A stretch of DNA of 61,554 nt, the filler included, from Pirum gemmata (lineage: Eukaryota): NCBI GenBank assembly GCA_002812295.1. It is 17 parts of 17 records of this genome, joined end to end, with 100 filler letters (N's around TTAATTAATTAA, not from the genome) between each part and the next. Parts side by side here need not be neighbours in the genome. Positions count along the whole stretch, not along the records: positions 10,756 to 14,276 come from PDIN01002435.1; positions 14,377 to 17,865 come from PDIN01002436.1; positions 17,966 to 21,485 come from PDIN01002437.1; positions 21,586 to 25,105 come from PDIN01002438.1; positions 25,206 to 28,682 come from PDIN01002439.1; 12 more parts are not named here. One strand, given 5' to 3'. A program made the translations under genes and the position numbers. Shown here piece after piece: positions 13,908 through 26,791 of this stretch (positions are counted from its first letter, which is position 1; every line of letters starts with the position of its first letter). The notes under the pieces were generated by a model, which saw nothing but the letters and a program-made list of their open reading frames with translations, made no database searches and was not told the DNA's origin.

Positions 13908-14592
13908 CTCCTCTAGCTAGCTAGCTAGAAATCACTCAGTAGACGGCGGTTGTGGGTCTCTCTAGCTAGAGCCTCTAGCTAGCTAGCTAGCTAGCGGTCG
14001 GGGTCTACTCTACTCTACTTCTACTCTCTACTCTCAGTAGCTACTAGCTAGCTCGTATCCGATAGTCGCTAGTAGTAGCTATCATAGACCTAGCTAGCTA
14101 GTAGACTCTCTACTCTAGCTAGCTAGCTCAGCTAGCTATATATCTAGCTAGACAGCTAGTCTGTAGTGAGTGACACTAAATGGTACACACTTAAAATTTT
14201 TTTTTGGTGGGGGGGGTTTGAGAATTTTTTTTTTTTTTTATCATAGCAATTATAAATAAAAATACCCTGGAATACCNNNNNNNNNNNNNNNNNNNNNNNN
14301 NNNNNNNNNNNNNNNNNNNNTTAATTAATTAANNNNNNNNNNNNNNNNNNNNNNNNNNNNNNNNNNNNNNNNNNNNATAATAATAATAATAACATTATAT
14401 CAGACTAATGTACATTGATACGATAATGCAATAATGCATTACCAGATACAATAATACAATTTAATACGATAGAGCTATAATATAATAAAAACACTAAAGT
14501 AATAATAGCATGCGCATATACCATAAAATACTATGATAATACAATAACATAAAATCACTGTATATTTTGGAAAGTTCTTGTGCATTCTCGTT

Positions 14593-14630
<38 letters not shown>

Positions 14631-15017
14631 TATCATTTGCCTTTTTGATTTTTCAGTGGTGATCAATTCAGAAACAACTCGCACATACAGATCGTACAAT
14701 TTTTAAAAATATTATAAACAACCAAATAAATATTCGGAGTGATAAAATAAATGAAAAGCACTACTAGTCTATCCTTTACAGTTGAAGTTTACACAATACA
14801 TATTATTGTGCTTTTCATTTATTTTGTCAACCCAAATATTTATTTGGTTGTTTATAATATTTAAATTGATACTTTTAAATAAATAAATATATAATAAAAT
14901 ATACCAAATTAAATAAAATGGATTTTTATTGTATTAATTTGGTACTATTTAATGTATATTTTATGACGNNNNNNNNNNNNNNNNNNNNNNNNNNNNNNNN
15001 NNNNNNNNNNNNNATAG

Positions 15018-15162
15018 GGGAGCGTTCAAATACTACGTAACGCCAATTTCCGGTCAAATACAGCTTCAAATACCCCTACCTACCTACCCCTTGACGTTAA
15101 TTTCCGGTCAAATACCACCTACCTACGTACCCCTTGACGTGGCATATTATTTGAATGCTCCC
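15018..15162 (+). mobile_element. MITE family C, PIF/Harbinger-like
   Basis: TIR GGGAGCGTTCAAATA/TATTTGAATGCTCCC; 3-bp TSD TAG; partial copies at about 48670-48780, 49580-49695 and 49757-49880. Confidence 0.8.
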
Positions 15163-15573
15163 TAGCTAGTAGTAGGGGACATAGGTCTTTTATAGCTAAT
15201 TTTCAGCTAGGAGGTGATTGGTATGGAAACTAGGCCTTTGAAGCCTGCCTTTCCTTTCAAGCCTTTCAAGTGGCATGTATATACTATATATAGCTATATA
15301 TCTAAGTATAGCTAATAGCTCTAATAGCTAGCAGCAGTCTAGTAGTAGCTATTAGCTAATAGAAAGATTAGAAACTAGCTCTAGCTAGGAAAACTAACTA
15401 ATAGAACTAGACTATGTATGTATTAGCTGACCTCTTATTTGTTATTTGTTTTGGTTTTGGTTTTTGGTTTTTGGTTTTTGGTTTTTTATTTATTTTTGAT
15501 ATATTTTATTTTTCTATTATTTGCATATTGAACAGTGTTTCGGTTTTTGTTAATAATATAAAGTTTGTAGTAT

Positions 15574-15759
15574 TATTGTGCTTTTCATTTACTTTGTCAT
15601 CATAAAATATACAATAAATAGTACCAAATTAATACAATAAAAATCCATTTTATTTAATTTGGTATATTTTATTATATATTTATTTATTTAAAAGTATCAA
15701 TTTAAATATTATAAACAACCAAATAAATATTTGGAGTGACAAAATAAATGAAAAGCACG
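15574..15759. mobile_element. MITE family A (~188 bp; TIR TATYGTGCTTTTCA)
   Basis: Terminal inverted repeats; near-identical to copies at 16186-16373 and 52182-52370. Confidence 0.85.
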
Positions 15760-16185
15760 GTCTACGTTAACCAGGGCAAGGTTGTTAGTGTCTGCTTGGT
15801 TCCTAAAGTGTTCCTAATTTCCTTACTGGCCATTCAACATTGAACATTCTGCCTAATACTTGATTAGTAAAAATAGGGTAGAATGTCTGCTTTTTAAAAT
15901 GAAAAAGGTAAAAAAAAATAACCTTCTAATAACAACACCATGGGTAGAATAGACATACGGTCTCATATTTCGGGGGGAAACTCAATTTTTTTATAATTAT
16001 TATATATTTATGTATTACAAGGACTCCTTGATGATAATAATATGATATTATTAAAATATCATAATAGTAAAATTTTAGGAAACAATATTTTAATATTATA
16101 TTATTATACATCATAATGATGTAGAGGATGTATAATAGACTAATTATTATGGATTTCGTACTGTCGTACATCATAATGATGTAGA

Positions 16186-16373
16186 TATCGTGCTTTTCAG
16201 TTATTTTGTCGTCAAAAAATGTACAATAAATACTACCAAATAATACAATATAAATCTATTTCATTTAATTTGGTATAATTTACTATATATTTATTTATTT
16301 AAAAGTATCAATTTAAATATTATAAACAACCAAATAAATATTCTGAGTGACAAAATAAATGAAAAGCACAATA
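16186..16373. mobile_element. MITE family A, full-length copy
   Basis: TATCGTGCTTTTCA...TGAAAAGCACAATA. Further full or partial copies at about 5100-5278, 5810-5990, 11631-11798, 12482-12675, 14803-14968, 17790-17865, 39268-39400, 47036-47108, 48497-48665 and 49983-50171. Confidence 0.88.
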
Positions 16374-16603
16374 TTATAATATATACAGATATAGATCATA
16401 AACTAACCCTGAAAATGTCCTGATCAATCCATCCCTGACCCTTACTTTTTGCCGTTTATATTTTGAAGTTTTCGACTAATAACTGCTATAGCTAATATCG
16501 ATAAACAGAGCGAATTATAATAATATATAACTGCTTTTCTAAAGGTGTTTTTATTCACTAAAAAACACTACATTATCAAAGCTAAAAAACAGACAAATAT
16601 CAA

Positions 16604-16666
<63 letters not shown>

Positions 16667-17547
16667 AACTATAGCCTACAAATATGTTCGGTAATGTTTA
16701 TTCCTGTTAATTCGAACCGAGCCAAAATACTCAAAAAAGATGCCGGGATGATACGGCTACTACTATCATAGCTACTACTACTAGCTAGCTAGCCTGCTGG
16801 TAGATAGCAGATACCACCCTAGCTATCGATAGTATCGCTACTCGCTAGTCTAGCTAGAGTATCTAGCTAGTAGTAGTATCCTAGTAGTATCTATCTAGTC
16901 TATCTAGTATGATATCCACTAGCTAGCTACTAGCTAGTAGAGCTAGAAGATAGACTGATTTTATTGGTTATATTTGAGCATGAAACCTTGCTATTGGCCT
17001 TATTATTTTTAAAAAAAATTGAAGGTAATTGAGTATTGGTGGTCTTTGTCAAAAGCCAATAAAAAGATAGAATGACTTACACAGGGTTGGTGTACCAGAG
17101 GTGTACCAGATAGTTTACTCATTCAATGACTTTTTCTTTATTACTTCTTTTAATTTTTTGGTAACAAGAAAGTTGTTAACTAGCCATTCATTATTTTATA
17201 TATATTTCTAGTCCGAAATTCCGAATGAAATTGGCTGGATCACCCTATGTGCACTATGGTAGCTCGTGGTAGCTGGTAGGCTGGATCACGGGATCACCTT
17301 GGGTGGCTAACTAGGCTAAACCTAGGCTAATCCTAGCTAGCTAGTTGGCTAAACTTTGGCCACGGATACAAAGCGTTTATAACTATCTAACTTTTTTTTT
17401 TAAAAAAAAATGATCGAAAAGGCCAAGATATTTAAAAAAGGTTCAACAAATCTATCTAAATATATGGTTTGAATTTTCGACCAGAAGGCAAAATATTTGT
17501 TTTGTGTGTGGTTTTTAGGAAATGTTTAGGTTGTGTGCGTAACAAAA

Positions 17548-17600
<53 letters not shown>

Positions 17601-18017
17601 CCCGGCTCGTGAAAAGGATTATGAATGAAGGGGTTAAAATATTCATAATAATTAATTATGGGATACTACTTTTTTGGGCGAAATGAAAAACCGGCTCGAA
17701 ATAATTTATAGCTCGATATATTGTAGAATTTTTGCAGTTGAATCTTTAGAAAAACATTGAGACTAAAATAAAAGAAAATAAAACAGAAACAATTTCATTT
17801 TCTTTATTTCGCCACCTCGAATATTTATTTGGTTGTTTATAATATTTAAGTTGATACTTTTAAATNNNNNNNNNNNNNNNNNNNNNNNNNNNNNNNNNNN
17901 NNNNNNNNNTTAATTAATTAANNNNNNNNNNNNNNNNNNNNNNNNNNNNNNNNNNNNNNNNNNNNCCCCCCTCTCCTCCTCTCCATGTGATTTGGGATTA
18001 TTTTTGTATTTTTGAAG

Positions 18018-18581
18018 GAGTATAATAGTTTAAGTTCAGCAAAAGTTAAAGCTTTTACTGTACAATGGGTCAAAAATATTCAAACTTTAGTAACAAAACA
18101 CAATCCATATTTGACATTATTCGATGATCAAGGTACCCCTACCCCCCTTCACACTAATATACACACATCCCCTCGTCTATGTTATGTTTTCGTTTTTTTT
18201 TCACCCAAACATGCAATCGCATATGTCACTTTTTCGTTATTATTCAAATAAAATTCTTTTCTTCCACCCTGGCCCCTATAACCCTAACCCTATAACCCAC
18301 TTACCCTAACCCTAACCCTAACCCTAACCTTAACCTTAACCTTAACTCTTTCGGTATTAATAGGAAGTACAGATATGAGCCCTGATATGCATATGCAGTT
18401 TGTTGGTAGTAAAAGTGGAATTTTAAGCATTGCTTTAAATATTTCTGAAAATGGTAATCAAAAATTGTGTGAAACTTGTTAGAACAAAATTATAAAAAAA
18501 TATCCCAGGAAAGCTCGAAAATCTGAAATATCTCCCTAACCCTAACCCTATAACCCTAACCCTATAACCCTAACCCTAACC

Positions 18582-18615
<34 letters not shown>

Positions 18616-19711
18616 CCCTAACCCTAACCCTAACCCCTAACCCTAACCCCTAACCCTAACCCTAACCCTTTTTTGTCTATTCCTAAATTTTTAAAACATT
18701 TCCAAAAATTTGAAATAAACCCGAAATTTAAAGTATGCCTAAAAATTTAAAGTATGCCTAAAAATTTAAAGTGGTGTGGCAAAAACACCCTTGGCACATA
18801 ATATTCCTAGTAGGAAAAGTAGAAAAAGTAGGATATTATAACAAAATATCCTAATCTTAACCCTAAGTCTAATCCTAATCTCTAACCCCATATAACATTC
18901 CTAATAGGAAACGTAGGGGATATCCTACTTTCAAACAATGAATGAACCAAAGAGCAGATATGAAAGTAGGATATTTTCTTATTTAACCCTAACCCTAACC
19001 CTAACCCTAACCCAATTTTTATAATATTCTCAAAAATGTAAAATAACACCCAAAATTTTAAATATGCTTGGAAATTTGAAATAGTATGGCACTTACACAT
19101 ATTAAATTTTTTGTAGGAATGCAAAGAGCATTAGATATCGATGAATGTAAAAAGTTTTTTAAGTTGATGACTTTGCCGCTTACTTACGGGGAAAACCTTA
19201 CCCATGAGCCCTTTGCTGCTTATCTAGGTCAACCTGTCAAATTAGGTTTGTCACACATATTAGTGTTCCTAACCCCTAACTTACTCCTAACCCTAACCCT
19301 AACCTTAATTCTGATACCAACGACAACGCTAATCTTAATCCTAATCCTAATCCTAATCCTAACCCCAACCCCAACCTTTACCCCAACCCTACTAAAGCAA
19401 TGTATAACAATAGAACAATTGAACAATAGAACAATACAAAATCACAACAACCCCTAACTCTCTTAACAAAATTACAATATAACACTATCATATGTAAAAA
19501 AAAATAATTGTTAAACAACCTAACCCCTAATTGATAAGGATCTAACGGTTTTGCTATTGTACGGATTGCGCTCGGTGCAGATGTTGTTATCGAAGCCTTA
19601 TCTAGCTCTGATTCTGCAGTAATTGGAAACCTTTTAAAAGATGAAGAGAAACTTGTATCCAAAATGGCGTGGATTGTTAAAAACTGGTGTACCATTTCTC
19701 AAGAATATTAA
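18018..19711 (+). CDS. 3' four exons (18018-18132, 18364-18453, 19117-19245, 19539-19711) of an uncharacterised protein resembling PLP-dependent-transferase-like hypothetical proteins
   Basis: Phase-compatible GT-AG junctions give one frame: EYNSLSS..FDDQG STDMS..SENG MQRALDIDECKKF..AYLGQPVKLG SNGFAIVRIALGAD..KMAWIVKNWCTISQEY*. The family call rests on recall of the LGQPV..RIALGA motif. Confidence 0.7.
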
Positions 19712-22014
19712 TCAGTATTGAGAGAGTTGTTTTTTTGAAATTTGTTTTGTTATTTGTTATTTCTTTCTTTTTAATTTACTTTTTAATTTACTTTTGTTTT
19801 CGTTTTATTTTTATTTTTTCTACTAATAAAAACATAATTATTGCATTTTATTAATTCCTAAAAAGGTTGTTTAAAAAGCTAAAATTTTGACTTTTTTTTA
19901 ACAACCATTTTTAAATATTAATTAAAAAGTAGAGATAGTAGGGTTAGTTACTATAGTCTTATGTTAGGGTTAGGGTTAGGGTAATTTGGGCTAGTTAAAA
20001 TTGGAGTTAGGGTTAGGGTTAGGGTTAGGATTAAGAATAGGGTTTTTGTTTTGGTTATGGGTATGGTTTGGGATATGGTTAGATTGGGATTAGGGTGGGT
20101 TAGTTAGTTAGGGTTTGAGTTAGGGCTAGACTATATGTATATGTATATATGAAAAGAATTCGTTACTGAGCCCCCAATCAAATTTTGGGGACACGTCGGG
20201 GTAAGAGGCAAGTCGGTTAGGGTAAGTTCTAGGGTTAGGGTTAGGGTTAGGGTTAGGGTTAGGGTTAGGGTTAGGGTTAGGGTTAGGGTTAGGGTTAGGG
20301 TTATATTTATTGATAAGCTTAGGGTTCATACAACAACAGCAACCAAAAAAAGAAACTTGCATTAATTAATATTATAAATTTATAAAGGATTAGGATTAGT
20401 GTTAGGGTATATTGTATCAAATTGAATATAAATTTAATATACAATTTATGGCTAATCAGGACTTCTCCGTTTTAAATATGTCATTTTTCTGCACATTTTA
20501 CATTACCTATATCTAACGTTATGTTCTGGTTCTGGTTATATTTATTATTTATATTAATATTATAATTGTTATATAATTATGGTCATGGTCATGTTTATGA
20601 ATATACGGTTATGGTTTTGGTTATGGTTGTGGTTGTGGTTATGTATTATGGCTATTGGAAAGTAATAATATAGAGATGGTGGTGGTGTTGATGATGAAGA
20701 TAATTACAGCTATGGGTGGGGAAATGATCATTGCTATAATCTAGTTATTTATAATATAGGTAAGGTCATGGTTATTTAGTTAGTTAGTTATAATTATGTC
20801 TATGCATGCATATAGGTTTAACTAGTAACTTCGATGTTTGTGCATCATGTGACCTTTTGCTGATTTAAAAAAAGTAAACTAAAATTTAAAATTAAAACAG
20901 CTAAATTTGTTATTGAATTTTCTTCATAGCATCATTATTACCCTTCCTAACCCTAACCTTAACCCTAACCCTAACCCTAACCCTAACCCTAACCCTAACC
21001 CTAACCCTAACCCATGCTATAACTTTAAGCTCACAAAAGCCAAACTAAAGCAAAAGATTTTTTTACTGAAAAAAAAAAGATATTTGCTTTCTAATTATGG
21101 TAAAAAATACATATATATATTCCAAATTAGGATTTGTTTTTTGGCGCGATGTAGTTTTTTTTCATTTTCGAAATTCGAACACAAATCAACATAAATTGTA
21201 CGTCATCCTAAAAAAAAGCACCCGTCTGTCAGAGTCGACATTTCATTCAAAATTCGAAATTTTCAAATAATTTTGTTTTGTCATTATTAAAATTTTTTTT
21301 TATTAAATATGATAATATGATAATAAAATAATAATAATAATAATAATTGAAACTGACTTGAAGTCCCTAGCTATAGCTTGAAGTCCTTGTAATTATATTT
21401 GACTAAAAAAGTTTGACTTCCGGCCTGTGAGGAAATTTGTGTTTTTGAGTTCTGGCCTGCGAGTAAAAATATTTTTTTTTTGAGTNNNNNNNNNNNNNNN
21501 NNNNNNNNNNNNNNNNNNNNNNNNNNNNNTTAATTAATTAANNNNNNNNNNNNNNNNNNNNNNNNNNNNNNNNNNNNNNNNNNNNCAATAAAACAATAAA
21601 ACAATAAACAATAAACAATAAACAATAAACAATAAACAATAAACAATAAACAATAAACAATAAAGTTGAAAAAACAGTGAAAAATAAACAATAAACAATA
21701 AACAATAAACAATAAACAATAAACAATAAACAGTAAACAGTAAAAAATAAGCAATAAACAATATACAGTAAACAGTAAACAATAAAGCATTAAGCAAAAG
21801 CAATAAGAACAATAATAATAAATAATAAATAATAAATAGTAAATAGTAAACAGTAAACAGTAAACAATAAACAGTAAATTATAAATAATAAAACAATAAG
21901 CATAACGAACAATAAGAAGTAAATAACAATGATCATTCAACATTCTACAGCCTTTCAATAAACAACAATAAATAAAAAGAAGAAAAATATAAAACAGAAA
22001 GTAGAATTACATAC

Positions 22015-23145
22015 CTCAGGGGCGAGGTAATCGGGTGTTCCACAGAAAGTGTAAGTCTTCTCTTCACCGTACAGCTGTTTTGCAAATCCAAAATCGATTA
22101 TTTTCAAATGACCTTTTTTATCTAACAACATATTCTCCGGCTTAATATCTCGATAAACAATATGCTCCTTCTCATGCATATACCTGAGGGCTAAAATCAA
22201 CTCACATACGTAATATCGAGCTCGTTTTTCGCTGAATCTATGATGCCTTGCGGCATCCAAGTGGGCAAAAAGTTCACCACCTGCTATATATTCCATTATG
22301 AAGTACAACATTCTTTTATCCTGAAAACTGCCTAAAGCTTGAACTGTAAAAGGGCATTCATGTTGTCCTAAAAGTCTAAGTACTTGCTTTTCTTCCATTA
22401 CATGACTTTGTTGTTTACATTTTATAATATATCGTTTTTCCAAAGCTTTGATAACTACAGCTTCACCAGTAGTTTTGTGCTTGCATAAGTAAACTCTTCC
22501 AAACGTTCCTGAACCAATTTGTTTAATCGTTTCAAAGTGATTGAATTCCAAAGGTCCAAGATCAAGAAATTTACACTTTGTCCTTTTGTGACTTTTGGTA
22601 TTTTCTTTGGTAGATTCGCCATCTTCATGTTCTTCAAATTTAGGAGTAGAGTAACTATGTGGCATATGAAAATGGGACATAGCGTCCCACACTTCTTTGA
22701 AGCTGGCAGCCCTTCTCATGGAATGGGATTTTTCTTCTTTTTTATGATGTTCACCCATGCCTAAAATGTTACCATGGCTTAAATTTTGTTTTATTTTACC
22801 TTTGTTTTCACCTTTGATGCTATCAGCATCACTCCCATTTCGTTTGTGTTTCATACTGAAAGTATGAGAACGATTTTTGGTTGAAGCAGAAGAAGGCTGA
22901 GGAGGTGTAGGTGAGGCGAAACGGTCCATAATACGCTCTAGATTTCCGGAGCGACGTTTCAAATCATTATCATTAGTCAGTAATTCTGCTTCAGAAACCG
23001 GAGATTCCAGTGTGCGAGGATTATCAGGAGTTGTTAGTCTGTTGCCTTCATAAGTTTGGTGATCAGGTACTGAAACAACTCGTTTTATCTTATCCTCTGA
23101 TTTTTTACTATCTTTTTTTCGCAAACTACCCTTTTTATCTTTCAT
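22015..23145 (-). CDS. cAMP-dependent protein kinase catalytic subunit-like (AGC) kinase, first exon
   Basis: GSGTFG, VIK, MEYIAGGELF, YRDIKPEN, DFG, TYTFCGTPDYLAPE followed by a GTATGT donor at 22014; long low-complexity N-terminal extension. Confidence 0.9.
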
Positions 23146-23291
23146 GTTTACTGTTTTTAAAGTCGAGGAAGGTAAGGTTTTGAAATGTATTTCTGGGTGT
23201 AGCAATATTAATTGATATTGTTTCTGAAACACGCTTGAATAGTCACAGCTATTACGTTATACCTTCTATATATTAAACTTCAAATCTTCGA

Positions 23292-23330
<39 letters not shown>

Positions 23331-24078
23331 TATTATTATTATTAGTACAATTAATATTATTATTATTATTATTGTGCTGGTGTTGTTGTGTTATATGCAA
23401 GCACATAATTAACTATTAACGTGGCGGTAGCTGGTACTTATTACTTCTTTTACAAAATACAACCACTTTTTCAAACCACCACCACCGATCCTATCTATCT
23501 ATTACTGCTTCTTCTTCGATTGTTGTGAAAATTAATTAGTATTAATAAATATAAATAGTATTGTGATATCATTATATGAAAATGATTAGTACCATTGACT
23601 AGTCTGTCTACCCAGTTGTCTACCCTATGTTAGTAATAATATCATAGATAAGGTACGTTTATATGCATATGTATATATATATCATAATAATATGATAATA
23701 TGTGGATGTCATACAAGAATACTACAAGAATATATATTTTTATATATTTTTATAATTCTTGTGTCATCACTGTATTATTATAATAAGCAAAAAAAGTTCA
23801 TAGCTAGAGAGCAAAAAATCATATGCATTTATAACTAGCTAGCTATCTATAGCTAGTAGTAGCTATCTATCATAGTAGTAGTAGTAGGAGTAGACTAGCT
23901 ATCTGATAGCTACTAGACTAGCTGCTAACTAGCTAGTAGTATGATCTACCCCTAGCTAGCTAGCTAGCTAGTTGGTAGTAGCCAGTAGACTTGGGTTGTC
24001 TCTCATAGTAGCTAGCTACAACTATTATGATTATTGTATTAGTCTATGAATCTTATGATAGCTATGCTAGCTAGGCAG

Positions 24079-24278
24079 TAGGGGTGAGATGACGTCATTT
24101 TATTATTACTCAGCAGCTGCCGGAACTTTCCGATTTTTATGGTTTTTATTACTATTAATGTTAATATTATTACTTTAATTGGTATCTACTATAATTAGAT
24201 TTACTATTTTTAAGCTATTTAAAGGTTGGCTCGATAATCATCTGTTCGAAAAAAGTTCCATTAGATATCTCACCCCTA
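24079..24278. mobile_element. MITE family E (TIR TAGGGGTGAGAT), hAT-like termini
   Basis: 12-14 bp TIR; longer reverse copy at 51714-51942 and a truncated copy at about 33747-33908; 8-bp TSD not clean. Confidence 0.7.
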
Positions 24279-25405
24279 CTAGCTAGGCTGTGATAGCTGT
24301 GATGTTATGATATCATATCATAGCTAGCTATGATAGCTAGCTAGCTAGTTGTCAGAGGCCCGTTGTCAGAGTCTCTTCTCTTTTTTTTTTTGTTTAGACG
24401 GGGTCTAGCTAGTAGTATGATAGCTAGAGCAACTTTTATTATGATATGATATCATAATATTATATTCTATGATAGCTACTATATCTGATACTCTCTAGCT
24501 AGCTAGCTATCATATATATCATAATAATATGAATTATATGATATGATTATGATATATCATCATCTGGTAGACTATAGACTAGTCACTATTATGAGACTAT
24601 ACCAGTGGCGCGCTAGCTAGGTCTAAGATCATAACTTCATAACTTCAGGAAAAAAGGAAAAAAGTAAACGGAAAAACGGTGGCCCAAAATCCTCCCAAAA
24701 TCACAGAGTGAAAAGGAATAGGAAATGCTCTCAGAAAATGCTCTATTTGAGTTTGAGTCATTTGAGGCTAAAAAAAGGCAATTTTTTGGAAGAAAAATTG
24801 CCCAAAACATCAATCTCAAATATCTGCAATGCTATTGGCTATTGTTTCAGCACTATTTCTGTATTGTTTATATAAAATTTCCTATAGATAAAATTTCTAG
24901 ACTAGTCTATTTCTAGCCTATCATAGTATGAAGGTAAAACCGTAAAATAGGATATTGGCAATACTTTGGCAATTTGGCAGTTGGCATGCAGCATGCTAAA
25001 ATAGCATTTTTTTATATTTTTTTAGCAGTCAGAAATAAATAATTTCAGAGTTGCCCGACCCGTCAAATTCCCTCGCCCACGCCCGCCCGCCCATGAAATT
25101 TTTAGNNNNNNNNNNNNNNNNNNNNNNNNNNNNNNNNNNNNNNNNNNNNTTAATTAATTAANNNNNNNNNNNNNNNNNNNNNNNNNNNNNNNNNNNNNNN
25201 NNNNNTTATTATTATTATTATTGCTATTGCTATTTTTCTTATTTGTTGTATCAACCACCCCCAACTTATAATATCAGTAATGTTTTATTTTCATTACTTT
25301 GTTCACAGCGTTATCCTTATCCTTATCCCGTTTATTATCTGTTATGGCAATACCTACACCCATTACTAAATCATTACTGAATTGTCCATAAATCTATTCA
25401 CATAG

Positions 25406-26743
25406 CTTTCTCTTCAGCTAGAATATCTATACAATCAAATTATTTCTGTTCTTACACGTAGCCAACTTGAAAGAATTTACAGCAAACGAAAAAATTTCGA
25501 TCTGAGGCGCTTATTAGCAGGTTACCTTTTATTTCGTGTAGCACCTTTTTTTTTTTTTAGTATACACATACACACACGCATACACAACTACATATATACA
25601 CGCCCATCCACACCCGCACGCACTCACATGCCCACATTCCCTCGCGCCAAGCACGAACGTACGCGACACACACACATGATACAGTAGCTTCATAAAGTGT
25701 AGTGTTTGGCGTTTTACTTTTTTCAACACAAACAAAAGCTGAACCTTTGTGTTGTTTCTTATTAATGATATTTGTGAATTAAGTCATTTTAACATTAACT
25801 TGTTTTTGGTTTAGTTTTGGTTATTTTTGTGGTTTAGTTTTTTTATTATTTATTGTTGGTTTTATCGGTATTTAAAAAAGGCACAGAGAAATTTATTGAT
25901 GGTCTTATCGAACTTATGGAAAAAGACCCCTCTTTTTTTTTAAAAGCTGTTAGATCTCTATATCTGGCTCCTGCAGTGCGCGATAGCACGGTCAAAGCAC
26001 TGAAAAGTCATAGAACTGAGGTATTTATTTAATTAACTCGAATCCTTTCATGCCCTTTGTTAATGGGTGTGAATTCATTAATCACCTTCTAGTTCAATAA
26101 TCTGCAACTCGCCCCTTTACGATATACAAATTATAATCGAATATCATTTTTAACATTTTTAACATTTTTGAACTTATTCAGTAATTGTAAAGCTTTAGAA
26201 ATATTAATTTTCAAATTTATAATGATTTATCGAGTCTCTGGAAAGTTGAGTTTTTTGCAAGTTGTGAGTTTTTTGCAAGTTGAGTTTTTTGCTTGAAAAA
26301 TGAACACAAGTGCAACGAACTCAAATATATATATATAACATCCCTTTGATACTCTTTATTAATGAGGTGTCAGTTATAAAGAATCTTCTAATATAGACCT
26401 CCCCAATAGTTGTATTATCGAAAATTTGCAACTTCGAGTTATTTGAACAGAACGCGGCCGTTTACGATGTAAATAATCTACATATTATCAAACATTTTCT
26501 AGGATTTTAGAACTTATTTAGAAATTGAGATAAAAATCTAAATTTTCAAATTTGCAATTATTAATCAAGTTTCACTCCAATATTCGAGTTTTTTTCTTCA
26601 AAAATGTGCTACTGTAACAAGCTCGAAAAATATACAATTTCGGGTGAGTCTATTCTAAAGTTTATATAGACATTTAGAAGCGACTACGTCCTCCAAAAAG
26701 GTCTGTCAGTTACATTACATGATTACAGATTTATAAATCACAC

Positions 26744-26791
<48 letters not shown>

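Noticed and set aside
19378..19695. 105-aa minus-strand ORF
   Set aside because: Antisense shadow of the terminal exon of the plus-strand spliced gene
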